NCBI GenBank assembly: GCA_964187785.1
Contig: OZ076411.1
Coordinates: 31,558,001-31,622,000, forward strand
Origin: Amphiscolops sp. MND2022
Lineage: Eukaryota
Reading direction: 5' to 3'
DNA length: 64,000 bases
A program made the translations under genes and the position numbers. The notes beneath the pieces were generated by a model. It had not been told where the DNA came from, did no database searches, and worked only from the letters and a program-made list of their open reading frames with translations. Positions 1 to 12,199 of the stretch are shown piece after piece (position 1 is the first letter of the stretch; each line of letters starts with the position of its first letter).

Positions 1-1239
1 GCTACCTTTTTTGATGTGAAAAAAGGATAAATCAGTTGATCGTTGGTATTTCCCTTCACAACGAGAGGAAGGCATTAGTGAAGGTTCAATCCGCCACAGC
101 TCCCCTTTTTAATGAAAACAGTGATGTCCATTTTTATTCATATTTTAAATGCAATGTGAACTGTTAGTGTGGTTTAAATTAGCCGAATAATCCGTTTTCG
201 GCACTGATGTATTATTGCACGAAAGTTGAAATTACGGCAATTATTTAATTTTTACTTTAAATATAAAACATCATCCCATTATTATGAATGAAAACTTTTT
301 TCCGCCCCCCCCACACACACTTTTTGAAGATTAGGGAAAATAGTGTAATCAAGTTTTGTTTTCCATTTATAAACTGTCACTCTGGAAACACATTTAAAAT
401 TGAGGATTCTGGTTTGTAATCAAATATTTTTGTTATTATAAGTAAATTCGAAAATCTTGAAAGGTGTGTGAGAGGGGGAAGGAAAAAGTTCCTAAATGGA
501 CATAACTGGATGAGTATAAAGATAAATCGGTACACTGGGTACACTGAATTGATTTCAAAGTTTACGTTGAACTGTGCAGTAGAATCGAGGGACTAATTCT
601 TATACATAGTCTGAAGAATCTATAATTGGATGCTAAAGCATGCGAGAGTGTAAATTGAAAGTGTTGGTCCACAAATTCAAACCAAAAATTCGTTTATTTG
701 TGCAGATTCTTCACAACAATAGGGCTGCTATAAACCTTCGTTTTAAAAACTCAAGCAAAAATGGTTTGCAAATTTGATTCATTCGAAAAAATACTAATGA
801 AAAGCTACTTTGCAAATGTGTAATTAATGAAATAATATAAGTATCTCAAACAAGGTAAACTAAGTTTGTTTATTTTTATTTGGTACAGTTGAAGTTAAGC
901 CCTGATGGAGCAATGGCAAAGACGCCTTCATGAAGTCAGTAATTCATGAAGTTAGTCTGCAGCCAAGGCCTGACTTCGAAAGAGCGGATAGCGAACTTTT
1001 TTTGAGTAAGGCTCTATTCTGAAACAGTAACATGCAGTCGTAACCTATGGGAGGAGAACCATTGGATGACTTGGAAATTCGGGAACATACAAATTGAAAG
1101 AAGAAGTTAATTAAAGGATTTTTTGAACGCAGATTTTGGACAACGATTACTTTGAAGGTGAAAGTTCTTTTGAATGCATAACTACCATTCTATTCATAAA
1201 CAATTACATCTCCGTTAGCTTCCTAATGTTCCCTGACAA

Positions 1240-1405
1240 GTTGCTCCCGGGGTTGTTTCAAAACTTTGTGGGGGGATTGTTTTGAATTGGTCCCCAAAGA
1301 TGCTCCCAGAGTCGTTACAAAAAATTGGAAGGGGTTGTGTCTTATGAAACATTTTAAATTCATTGCCGAACATGCTCCCAGAGTCGTTACAAAATAGAAA
1401 GGGGA
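1240..1405 (+). repeat. Degenerate ~70-110 bp repeat family with core (a)ctcctggagtcgttacaaaa
   Basis: Motif variants at ~1243, 1302 and 1372. The same core recurs at ~4100-4450, 5207-5530 and 6305-6860. Confidence 0.7.
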
Positions 1406-1517
1406 GGGTAATTCAGCTATGTTTAATGTCTACAAAGGATTCCTTTACTTTCTCGTTTCAGCTATAATGATTGTGAAGGCAGTGTAGTGGTGTTGTATAT
1501 TTACTATATATACTAAT

Positions 1518-3996
1518 TTACTGTGTATCTTCTTCAATGTCGAAGTGGGCATCCACAACTAGTCCACTGTGCCCAAAACTCAGAAAATTGGCACCGAGTG
1601 CCACTGATTTGCCCTGGGTCAGGGCACAGTGAATCCAAGGCAAAATAATGACATCCCCTGCCCTTGCGTGAATCCTGTGACTGCCCCTCAAACGCCTGTA
1701 GGTCTCCAAATTATAAATAATGTTGTGCTAAACATCACACATAATAAACATAAATGGGGTTTTGATAGAATTCAGTCGGTTGCTTGTTTTTAGAATTACC
1801 CGAAAAATGAAATTTTGTCCAAAAGAGATTGTCTAATTCCTATACACTAAGCCAACATAGATTTTAGTGAAATGACGTGAAATTTGATGTTTATACTTAC
1901 AGGCTGCGAGAATCTTTCTCACTGTCCTGTGGGAAGAGTTGTAAGTTCTTCTTTGTTGGCTCAACAAGCCAGAAGATTTTCTCACGCAGCAGCAGCACCA
2001 CGTCGAAAACTGACGTGCTTAAGAAATCAATGTGTCACGGGGTGACACATTTGTCGTTGAAAGCAACAAGTAGTTACAGGTGCTCTCCGTCGATTACCCA
2101 TTGCTCTGAGAGGCTGCAATTTTTGACTCAACATAGCGGTCGTTTGCGGGAGGTGGTGAAAATATCTAAAAACGAGTGTACATGAACTATTTAAACTGTG
2201 AAATTTGCTTTCTTATGTTTTAGGAAGAAATATCGCAAAGGCGATTCTTTATCGTTTACATATGGAAACTGAGCACCTATTAGGTGTAATGTTTCAGTCT
2301 TTTTCAATTTTATTTACAAATTATTAATATTTGACTCCGTTGCATAACTAGTTTCAATTTTAACCAAATATCTCATTACCGCATGTTGAAGGGTGGCATC
2401 TAGCACGTTAACAGGAAATAGTCCTTCACGTGCTGCTTCTGGGCCGAACGCTGTTCTGCCAGATATTCGTCTCTAGTCAAACTTCGTATCTGCAAATACA
2501 TTTTGTACTCTAGTTTTTTTTTGAATGCGAAAACGCTGCAGAATTGAGACAAAAGTGACTATACACGTTGTGAAGAATCTACCACTGGACAATAAATCAT
2601 TGGAAAATTAAATAGAAGGTAGTAGTCCATGATTTCAAAACTACACAAAATTAACAATTTTGTGGATTCTTCGCAATTATGTGGTTTCAACAACTTTGTT
2701 TTGACTGCGTGAACGCAGTAGAAATGGGAAAATAATGGAAAAAGACGTTGCGAAGAAACTACACTGTATATTTCAACCATTGAAAATCTAATTTGAAGGT
2801 AGTGGTCCATGATATTTCACAAATTTTGTGGATTCTTCACAGCGATAAGTATACGTGCGTGCTCTTATAGCCAGGAGAGTGTTTTGTAAGTCAACAGCAC
2901 ATTTTAGTTCAAAATCTCACCTCGTTCACGTTTAGCAACTTTGCAGAAATGGGGACATCCGTGTTGGCAACATGCTGCAACAATAGTTCTGCTCGAGACA
3001 AAAACTGAATTGCCTTGTCCTCGAGAATTTGGGGAATGACGAGGCCTTCTGCGTTGTCCCTGGCTCCTTTCCACAGGATGGGGAAACCATGGGACAAATA
3101 ACATAAGATTTTCTTCGTCCCCTCGATGTGCTCGTAGAACCTAAGAACAAGAAACAACTACGTATTTTTCTCAGTACAATGAAAGGTCTTTATTAAACCA
3201 GCAAAGACCCCATTCGGGATAAATATTACTTTTACACTATCTACAGGCATGAAAAAGTTGGTATTTTGACATCTGTTGTATTCTGTTAAGGTCACTTATA
3301 GTTTTAACATATTAAGTATTGTAATTTCCCTTCATGTCTTTCAAACTTGCAAGAACATATTAGGCCTAAGAGTACTCTATGTATTCTGTACCATAGTTTT
3401 CAGCTCGAATTTCCCTCACCTGTAAGTTCCGTCCTTGGCAGACTATCTGGCGAACCGCGAGAAATTCATGTCCTTGAACCTGTGATTCGGCACTCGCTCC
3501 AGATGCCGCAGCAGATTGCTCCGCAAAAAAAACTGCTGTTCTCACCCCTCAAAGATCGTTGACTTGAGTTTCCTTGTTACAGTCTTTGAATTAAAACAAA
3601 AACCAACTTAAAACATGAGCGTTACGTTTCTATACCGCAATCACAACTATCAATCTATCATTGGTTTCTTAAAAGTATAAAAGATACTTGAATGCAAATG
3701 TAACAAGAGCGTTTCTGTTTATGAGAGGTATGTAATGAGATCGGTAACTTACTGTATTTCTTCAGAGCTGGGGATAGACCTTGGGCCAATTCACTCGCCC
3801 TCTTGGCACAGGTTTGGGTCTGCTGACGACGTTTGAGGGCATCCTTTGTCGACACATGTTGTAAACACACGTTGCATGTGAAGCTATCACTTCCGCTCGC
3901 CACCTCCGGCACTGGCCTGGGTCCTTCGCAATTTTGGACGTGTATGTGGTAGTTAAACAACCTGGTCGACTTGTAAAGGCACCGCGGACAATTCAT
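1518..3996 (-). pseudogene. Spliced pseudogene: N-terminal C2H2 zinc fingers + KDM2/KDM7(PHF8)-type JmjC domain
   Basis: Manual minus-strand translation. Exon 3996-3753 has two C2H2-like fingers (CPRC..YHIHVQNC; CNVC..LKRR..TC). Exon ~3580-3400 has a decayed finger (FEG*EQQFFLRSNLLRHL). Exons at ~3160-2920 and ~2500-2385 follow. Exon ~2170-1901 reads KCVTP*HIDFLSTSVFDVVLLLREKIFWLVEPTKKNLQLF (cf. PHF8/KDM2 TDFHIDFGGTSVW..V..GEKIF.LI.PT..NL.L). It joins through a phase-2 GTAAGT..TACAG intron to an exon reading RAGDVIILPWIHCALTQGKSVALGANFL (cf. P.GWIHAV.T....AFGGNFL). In-frame stops include TGA at 2035-2037. Confidence 0.75.
2555..2850. repeat. Degenerate tandem repeat with core ttgtggattcttc(a/g)ca / gaagaatccaca
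   Basis: Several copies inside an intron of the JmjC pseudogene, with further copies at ~700 and 7010-7245. This explains the self-repeating spurious ORF 2559-2810. Confidence 0.6.
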
Positions 3997-5204
3997 CTGG
4001 AGTTTGACCGCATTTTCTGGTTTTTAAAAAGAAAATATACTAGTTTTTTTAAAAAAATTTGTTTCCTTGTCTGCTGTTTCCTTCTTTCCTCATAATTATC
4101 GCGCCCATGGAGCAGCCGTTACAACCATCTGGCTAAACGTTAACTTGTAGGACTCTATCCGTTGCGCTCTTGGCGTCGTTACATCTAACTAAAAATTTGC
4201 ATTTTTGTCCTGTTATTATCATGCTCACGGTCAAATAAAATAAAATTGAAAGGCGTTTCACTGAACCTGGTATTTGAAAATTAATTCAGTTTTGTGTTAT
4301 TCGACACTAATTTTGTTTTTATGTTAGTTGCAGGTATGTTATTTGGTATGTAATCGTCGTTAAAGGTTTCTAAACATTTGTGTTATATTTTATTTTCGCG
4401 CTCATGGAGTCATTACATCTAACCAAACATTTATTGTGCCCTGTTGTTATGGTGCTCAGGGGGCCGTTGACTGTGTGTACTCTAATCATTATGCTTAAAG
4501 TTTTGGGACGGCAAAGCTTGAATGGTACCAAAAATAAAACACTTGACTTACCTTACCTGAAGAATGAATTTGTTTGATTGTTCAAACTGGAGTAGGCTTG
4601 CAGTCTTCGCGAAATCCTTGTAGTCTCCGGGAAATTCTTGGAGTCTTCAGAAGATTCAGAAAACGACTGTTTGTCAGCAGCACTGGTTGTTAATTTGCGT
4701 TATAGGATAAAGCGTGGTAATTTGAAGTTTGTTTACATGACGCCGTAAATCCTGCGCGTCACGGTCTCGTGAAAAAAAGTTCATCTTATTCCGAGTAACG
4801 TTTTTGGATCAAGCGAGGTAATTTGCTTACATGACGCAGTAATTTCTGCAATTCATGGTCACGTGACAAGAAGTTCTGTCAATGAGCGAATCAAATTCGA
4901 GTACAAATCACGAAATTATTTGCTCATTTGGCCAGCTTAATTTTTTTGGACAACCCAATACCATCTCCTCTTTTGTGAATTAAAATGGTCGGTAATCCAC
5001 GGGAAGATACCCCCCCCCCACCAAACGCACACACACTTTTCAAGATGAAGTTTAAGTTTAAGTTTAACTGCAACAACAACTCGTCGCCGAGAGCAGGGGG
5101 ATTAACTTTTCCGCGCTGTTAACCAAAAGTCAAAATAAGCAGTCATTATAAGGGAAGAGGCAGTCACTATAAGGGAAGACTGACAATTTTTGATGATATC
5201 ATAT

Positions 5205-6870
5205 GAACGCTCCTGGAGTCGTTACAAAATTAGTTTTGTCACTTCATTAGATGTGATTTTTTTTCAATTTGGAAAAAAAATTCAATAAAACTATTTGAAC
5301 ACTCCTGATATCGTTCCAAAAATTACTTTTTCATTAAAGTGATGTAAAGTTTTCGAATTTGGAAAATGGAGAGACGGGTGTTTGTAACATTTTCTTTGAA
5401 TGCTCCTGGAGTCGTTACGAAATTATTTGTTTCATTACAAGTAAAAGGAATTTTTTTGAATTTGGCGAACAGGAAGCGGAAGTATCTATTTGAAATCTTT
5501 CACTTGACAGCTCCTGGAGTCGTTACAAGTTTATTTCTGCGATTGATGTTCTGAAAACCATTTCCTCGGTAACATATTTTGTCGCGCACAAAAACTAGCT
5601 GAGATTACAAAACTCAACGAAAAATACTTGCCCAGTATAATGTAGTTTTAGGAGGTTCGCGGGTTGGGGATCACACAGTGTCGCCCACAACAAGACCCAC
5701 GTCAAGAACGTGGCCTCTGAAGGGTCTCAAAATCCAATTTACACATTCTACACCAAACATATACTAACTACACTCTTACAAAACTTTATTTGTACAAAAA
5801 ATTATCCACAGGTGATCTACAGTAAAGACATCTAAAAATATCTGCACTTGCTAAGCTATCTACATAATGTTTTATACACTCTCTTCCAGCTAAATGTAAA
5901 CTATGTTCTAGGTGAAAATTTTGTAATTCTACTAGTCTAAAATTTTCAAAGCATATAATACATATAATTCTCGCTTCTTGGGAGCAACTGCCTTCTTCAC
6001 CCTCATTGATAAGGGATTGAATAAAGAAGGGTTGAGCGAAAAGATAAAAGAAGAAAAAAGACTTAGATTTTGTAGAAAAAGCAGAGCTTTGCAGAGAAAG
6101 TGAAGATCAGTGAGTGTAGAGGTATTCTGAATTGCCGAATTCACAAAGAAAGTTCAATTTCGTAAATCCTTCTACAAACAATGCTGCGACTGAACGAAAT
6201 TTTCGCAAAACGGAACCGAAAGAACTGCTGTGGCGTCATAGTTAAATGTATGGCATTGACTGTAGATAACGAATGACTTCGCTCACACAACTACACTCTA
6301 TTTGAACGCTCCTGGAGTCGTTACAAAAATACAATTTATTAGGACTGTTTTAGTTTTAAACTGTTAAATGTTTTAGTATTAAAAACTCTAGGAATGTTTC
6401 ATTACAATTATTACGATTTTTTTGGCAAACAGGAGGGAGGTATTTATTTTGAACAATCTTTTTGAACGCTACTGAAGTCGGGGGCTATTAATTTGATACA
6501 CTCTACTTGAACATTTCCGAGGCGTTACAGAATTATTTGTTTCATTACAATTAGAAATAGGGTTTTTTTTGAGTTTGGCAAACAGAGGGGGGAGTACCTT
6601 TTTTAAACATTCTACTTATACCCTCCTGTCGTTTACAAAATGATTCGTTTCAATACAATTGGAAATAGAACTTTTTTTGAGTTTGGCAAACACCGGGGGG
6701 GTATCTTATTTAAACATTGTACTCAAACACTCCTGGAGTATTTACAAAACTATTTGTTTCACTGCAAGTAGAAATGGGTTTTTTATTTGACGAACATGGG
6801 GGTGGTATTTATTTGAAACATTCTAGCTAAACAATTCTGGAGGCGTTACAAAACCATTTGTTTCATTACA
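5205..6870 (+). repeat. Array of the ctcctggagtcgttaca ~100-bp degenerate repeat, interrupted by unrelated sequence
   Basis: Copies at ~5207, 5299, 5400 and 5509, then ~6305, 6465, 6510, 6620, 6727 and 6832. Confidence 0.7.
5641..6295. mobile_element. Possible solo LTR (655 bp)
   Basis: Starts TGTAGTT and ends AACTACA (7-bp inverted termini) and lies within the gap in the repeat array. No target-site duplication found. Confidence 0.35.
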
Positions 6871-7284
6871 ATTAATAAGAAGTTTTTAGAATGCGGCAAA
6901 CAGGGGATTTATATTGTGAAACCCATTTCAACATAATCAACAATAATATTCATATACAAAAAAAAAGAATTCAAACTTGTCTTTATTGGTATTTCGGTGA
7001 ATTCATACAAAACGAAGAATCCACAAAAGTTTAGTAACTCAAATACGTGACCTAATTAGCGAAGAATCCACGCAACCTAATCCACACAATTTCAAGAATC
7101 GAGAGAAACGAGTGAAATTTCTATTGAAAAGTCATCGTAGGTTACACACGATATTAGTGCAAGAATCTAGAAAAATATTTCATTCCTCTTTTTCAAATTC
7201 CTGAAAACCATGTGTTATATTGCAGTTGAAGAATCCACAAAATCTACAAGAGTCACTGTTTTTCCCCGATTGGCGTCGTAATGG

Positions 7285-8607
7285 GGAATCAACTTCCTGC
7301 CGATTTCCAGTTCCGCGTCATTTTCTTCCTCATCTCCCGCCTTTCCTAGATGCCGCGTCAAAGTTGGAACTGAAATTCATGAATCTAGCAACTGAAGCGG
7401 GAAAAGGAAATGAAGTGTTCCTCGATAAAAACCAAACATACAACGAAATGAATTACCGAACTGCACTTAATAAAGGATTTACATTTAAATAAATTTCAAT
7501 CGTCGACATAAGTTCAAACAACTAATAAATTGAACGAAATTGGCAAGGTAAACTCTGGTCGTAAGCTAGGCGTTCACACATGATTGACAACATTTGGACA
7601 GTTGATCATAGTGATGACTTGACGCAAATCATTGCGGGGGGTTGAATAAATATAATGAACAGCAACAATCAGCGGATATGAATTGAACATCATCCAAGAT
7701 TCATAATTCAGTTAATAACCTAATCTGTTCCACTCATGACACGAGCAAACGGAAAATTACTTAAAGCTTTCATGTTTGTCTTCCTGGTGGTTGACCCAAA
7801 TTGAACTTCATGTGATCTCGTTTTACAGCTTCAAATTACGTCGGGAGTATAAGGATTATATCTAATTTAACACTCTATCACACAATAGGTAGAATTGACA
7901 ACACATCAATGGCGTCATTCACTTATTTTGACAAGTAGGTGATCCCGACTGCCGACCTAGACAAGGTTTTCTGCCGGTTGTCTGGGTCGGTAACTCCATT
8001 TTGAAAACAACAACTTTACAAACATAGTTTTATTTCATCAATAATATCATTCCCTTGGACCACTTCCAGTGTTCTTTTCTGGAAGAAGCTTCTCTTAAGC
8101 CCTGTATTACTAATAGAATCACATTTGGCATCGTTTAATTGCAATCACAATCACGCATCAAATACTTCGGTCGATCGATCGAGCGTGCATCCCAGCTTTC
8201 TTGGCTTGTTTGCTGCCTGAGAGGTTGTCTCAGTTTAGTTAGCGTAAGTGCGCTCGACGCTGTTTGGTTATTGGTTGCGAACAAATGAAACTAGTCGCTA
8301 TCGGCCGCTGTTGTTGAGGCAGCTTTCCGGTCGAAGCGCTAGCTGCGTTGAATCCAGTCAACGCGCTGGCTACTTGACTGTAAACAAATTACTGCACCTA
8401 ATATTATATAGGTATATACATATGTATGTATTTCAGGTACGGCACAATATTGTTATGATCAATAATAGTTTATTATATAATATTTAATCATGTCAATAAC
8501 TTTTTGCTGGTTGTTTTACCTTTCAGGTTTTATGGTGATTTTTCAGTCTTTCCCTGGTCATCTCCGTTTTTATCCTCTGACGTTCCTCTTATATTTAGAG
8601 TCTCGCA
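7285..8607 (-). repeat. 3' LTR of element 1 (left boundary uncertain)
   Basis: Alignable with 18660-19971 at roughly 75-80% by eye. Homology stops where the minus strand begins TGCGAGACTC (8607) versus TGCCAGACTC (19971). Confidence 0.7.
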
Positions 8608-9050
8608 TCGCAGTGCCTGCTGCGACAGATCCCGCTTTTCTTGAGGTGCGTCCATTATTGGAGGAGGTGGAGAAAATGGCCTGAAGGGTGATGATATAGA
8701 TGGTCGAAAGACAAACTGTATCCTTGAGTCATATGGCATCTAAGGTGAGTCGGTCGTACAGTCGCTGCCGGAAAAATAACTAATTGAGCTTGAGTTGCTA
8801 AAGACTGGGCTAATCGTTCCATCATCAGCGCTGTATAGCCAGCAGGCCATGTGGCCGTAATTTCGAGGTGGGCTCATAATTGTATCGTCTGGGATCACTG
8901 GATTACTTAATGAAAAGCGACGAATGGCCGGCTGGTCTTCTTGTGCTGTGTGAAGTAGTGATACGTTTGCTACATCATGGTGCAACACAAAATGGCCTTC
9001 GTCCGTCTTGACAACTTCGTAAAGATTTTCAAATACTGGTAGTTCTTCTG
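8530..9050 (-). pseudogene. Sense-strand 3' ORF of element 1, reading into the 3' LTR
   Basis: ORFs 8740-8988 and 8530-8739. PPPIMDAPQEKRDLS resembles PPLQSAPVLRDLT in the 3' ORF of element 2. Confidence 0.45.
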
Positions 9051-9450
9051 CATCGGTAATTTTCGGTGTTGATTGTGCTTTAGGTAAGTGTCTTGATCGC
9101 TATCCAATAGAAAACAATCGCTAGATAAATTGAGTTCTGGTGACAGCATTCTTTAATTCCGGTAGAGTGAATACTTATAACAAAAATTGGAGTGGATTAG
9201 ACGACTGCTCAAGGTATAATTAAATGTTCAAGTAATGATTTCTACTCCTTTAATGGTGTTCACGCCGCTTGCGTTATTGGGAAAGTTTTCAGCTGGCAGA
9301 CCGAATGACTTCCATTAAATCATATTAATAATCAGTGTCGAGGGATGCCCTAGTGCCGATCCTGGGCCTTCCAGTAAATTTAAAAGGTATCCGTTTTATT
9401 GAGATCCAACAGGGTTCGAGGGTCATAATCGTGAGTGTGCTTTTCATGTT

Positions 9451-11700
9451 TTGTGTGTCCCCCTGTTCTTCTATGCCGCAATTTGTTCGCTGATTTTGGG
9501 CGAGTGTTCCGATGGCGACGTTATGAAACATTTGGCGGAGGATAAATCGACAAGTGTTGCTGAGGCAAGTACTTCTCCAGCGATCGATACCCGGCACGAA
9601 CGCACACAGCATGCCCGACCTGCAGAAAAATTGGAGCTTTCTGTGCTCCAGAATGGGTGAGAAAAGACTTGGTGTTTTTGTTTTTTTTCTCTGAGCTATA
9701 AGAAAAATTCCTTCGTTGTGGTGCATGATTCTGGATTTGGTTGCTGTGTTATCTTTGTTGTGAACCGTCAATATCCGGTGGTTTTTCATTTCAGCTGGGT
9801 TGACCGATGTCCCGAGTGGTGTTGTGTGCATGTCGTCCTTGCAGGTTCTTGCCTATGGTCAAGCTGCTGTTCGTCTTGAGCAGAGTCATTTACAACGTGA
9901 GGAAAGTTCCCTGTCACGATGTAAGTGTATATTGCTGGTTGTTGAAATTGGTTTTGTATCTTCCTTTGGTTCGTACAGATTTGGGTTCGCGATTGTTCTA
10001 TTCGTATCGTTGAGTGATTGTGCTTTGACTGTTTTGTTTCGTGGTGTTGTTTATGTTGTATGTGTCTCCATTTATTCTGTTCTAGGCATTGAAGAGATGT
10101 TGGGCAAAATCAAGAGAAAAAGGATCCATATGCATTGAGCTCGGTCCCAAGATGATGTCATTGAGAATGCCAAGAGGAAACTTTATGCGACTTATGAAGC
10201 GAAGAGACGTCGACAGTCGGGGCGCCATGTTCTGAGGATGGAGCTGGCTGATCCCGCGATTCCTCGTTCATTTGTGAGCCGACGCAATGACAAAGTCCCA
10301 AATGGATTCAATTGTGCGATCTGTCACAAGAATGTATTCTTCATGAGTCGGGGCGAGCCCGAGATTTGGCGCTGCTTCGAGAGTAAAAGACACTTCGTGT
10401 CCGGCAGCGCGACCTTCCGTTTATTACTTTGGCAGCTGTGCTGGAAGAGATAGTTCGGCATTGGAGTGATATCAAATTGTCTACATCTCGGAGTAGAGTT
10501 CCGCAGGATTTAAGCCAAATGATCTTGACTGATGCTCGTATTTTGCCCTGTTTGTGTGTGTTACATGTTGTGCTTTTCTGCTTCCAAGCGAATTTTGCAA
10601 AACAGTTTGTGCCTGAGATCACTGACAGCAGTTGACGGAATTCTACTGAATTTTCCTTCTTCTTTTCTTTTTTTGCGGTTCGGTCGGCAAAAATAAAAAA
10701 CTGTCGGAATTGCTCGAGGTTGACAGTTGATGTGAAAACATCGGCAAAAATGCTCACTACTTGGTCGGTCGTGTCTTATGTGGACGGTCTGAGGACCGAG
10801 CCCATCTTCGTTACTGCTTTGGCTCGTTACAGTGAGCCCAACTGTCGGGAGTTCTTGAAGACCCAGAATGGCACTGTTTTTTGAATTCTTGCCTGGCCTC
10901 AATTTTGAGGTGTTTCTCCCCTGATGTGATCTTGCAAGGAAACGAGGCTTATACTTTGGAGTTGTTCAAGGTCTTTTGGCATGCAATCAGTAGAGTGAGC
11001 GGCTGAATGCTTTGGAAGCGGAAGGGGCGAGCAATGAGTTCGAATCTTTCCTTCTCGAAGTGCGACGTCGGAATCCTCAGGTAGTGTTGTCGATCAAAGA
11101 CTGCTTCAGTTTTTTGCGTAAATAGGATGCCTTTACTTGTCAGGAACATTTGGCACGTGTCGCTCAGCTGTCTTCTGTTTTGGTGGTTCCGCTTGAAGTC
11201 ACTTGTCCTGATGTAGGAATTTCTTTGAGTGGAGTTGATGTACCTCATAAAGTTCTTACTTCTGCTATTTTGGCTGTTCCGTCAAATGTTTCGTTTCCCA
11301 GCGTCAGTTCCAAAGAGTTGCTGACAAAGGACTGCTTGGATGACCTAGAGGTGAATTTGCCCGGAGGGAGGTCATATACAGCATGCTAGTTTTTCGCATT
11401 GGTCGTCGTTGTATTGCGTTGATCATAGGGACCTGTATCGTGATTTACGAGGTCGTTTCGACGCTTGTTTTCGAAACATATGGACGACAGGCGTCACCGC
11501 ATGGGTACACTGTCTAAGCAGACTCTTGTTGGTTCCGGGGGATCGAGTGTTTCTCCGTCTGCTGGTAATGCTGTGGTCGGTTCAAAGAGTGGTTCCTCTT
11601 GTCCTGCAGTTGCTTTGAGTTCGCCACCGAACACGGCGCCTTCGGGCAGTGTTACTGCTTTCAATTAGTCAGATTTGTTGTTCGGTCCTGGCCGGTCCAG
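9451..11700 (+). pseudogene. Antisense spliced zinc-finger (hAT-transposase-like) cargo gene of element 1
   Basis: Phase-1 intron 9921-10085 (GTAAGT..TTCTAG). Finger region FNCAICHKNVFFMSRGEPEIWRCFESKRHF. C-terminal EFESFLLEVRRR..LARVAQLSSVLV..CPDVGISLSG aligns with the element 2 gene. Confidence 0.7.
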
Positions 11701-12199
11701 CGACTCAATTAATCAGATTTATTTTTCAGTCCTGGCCGGTCGAGCGACGTGACTCCCATGTTACAGGAGAGGCGGGAAGAACGAAAAGGAATTCCAGCTG
11801 TAAAGAAAACTGGGTCAAAAGCCCCCCAAAGTCGAAAGGAGGCAAGAGATGATGGTGACTTGGTTTTTTTCTGAGACATTGAACAGTTTAGACTTTACAC
11901 ATTGGTAGTTCTTCTGTTATATTCGTATTTGTGTGTAGGTTGATGATTGCTCTTTTATATATGGTTGATATGTGATTTCTTCTAGATTTGTTGGTAACCT
12001 TGTGACTTATTGAGTAAGATAAAACAAAGTCGAAATCTTGAAATGAAAAGAATCATGGCTCGTTTGAGAGTCTTGGCTCTTCTCAGCAAAACAATGGGTC
12101 ATTCATCGATATATTCTTTTGCTCCTCGAACTCACTTTCTCTTGAGTCGATAGTTGTGAAGTAGGGGAAGTGAGTTAGTCGTAGTAAAGAAAGTAAGTA

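Noticed and set aside
1877-2185. Plus-strand 102-aa ORF
   Set aside because: Antisense shadow of the JmjC exon.
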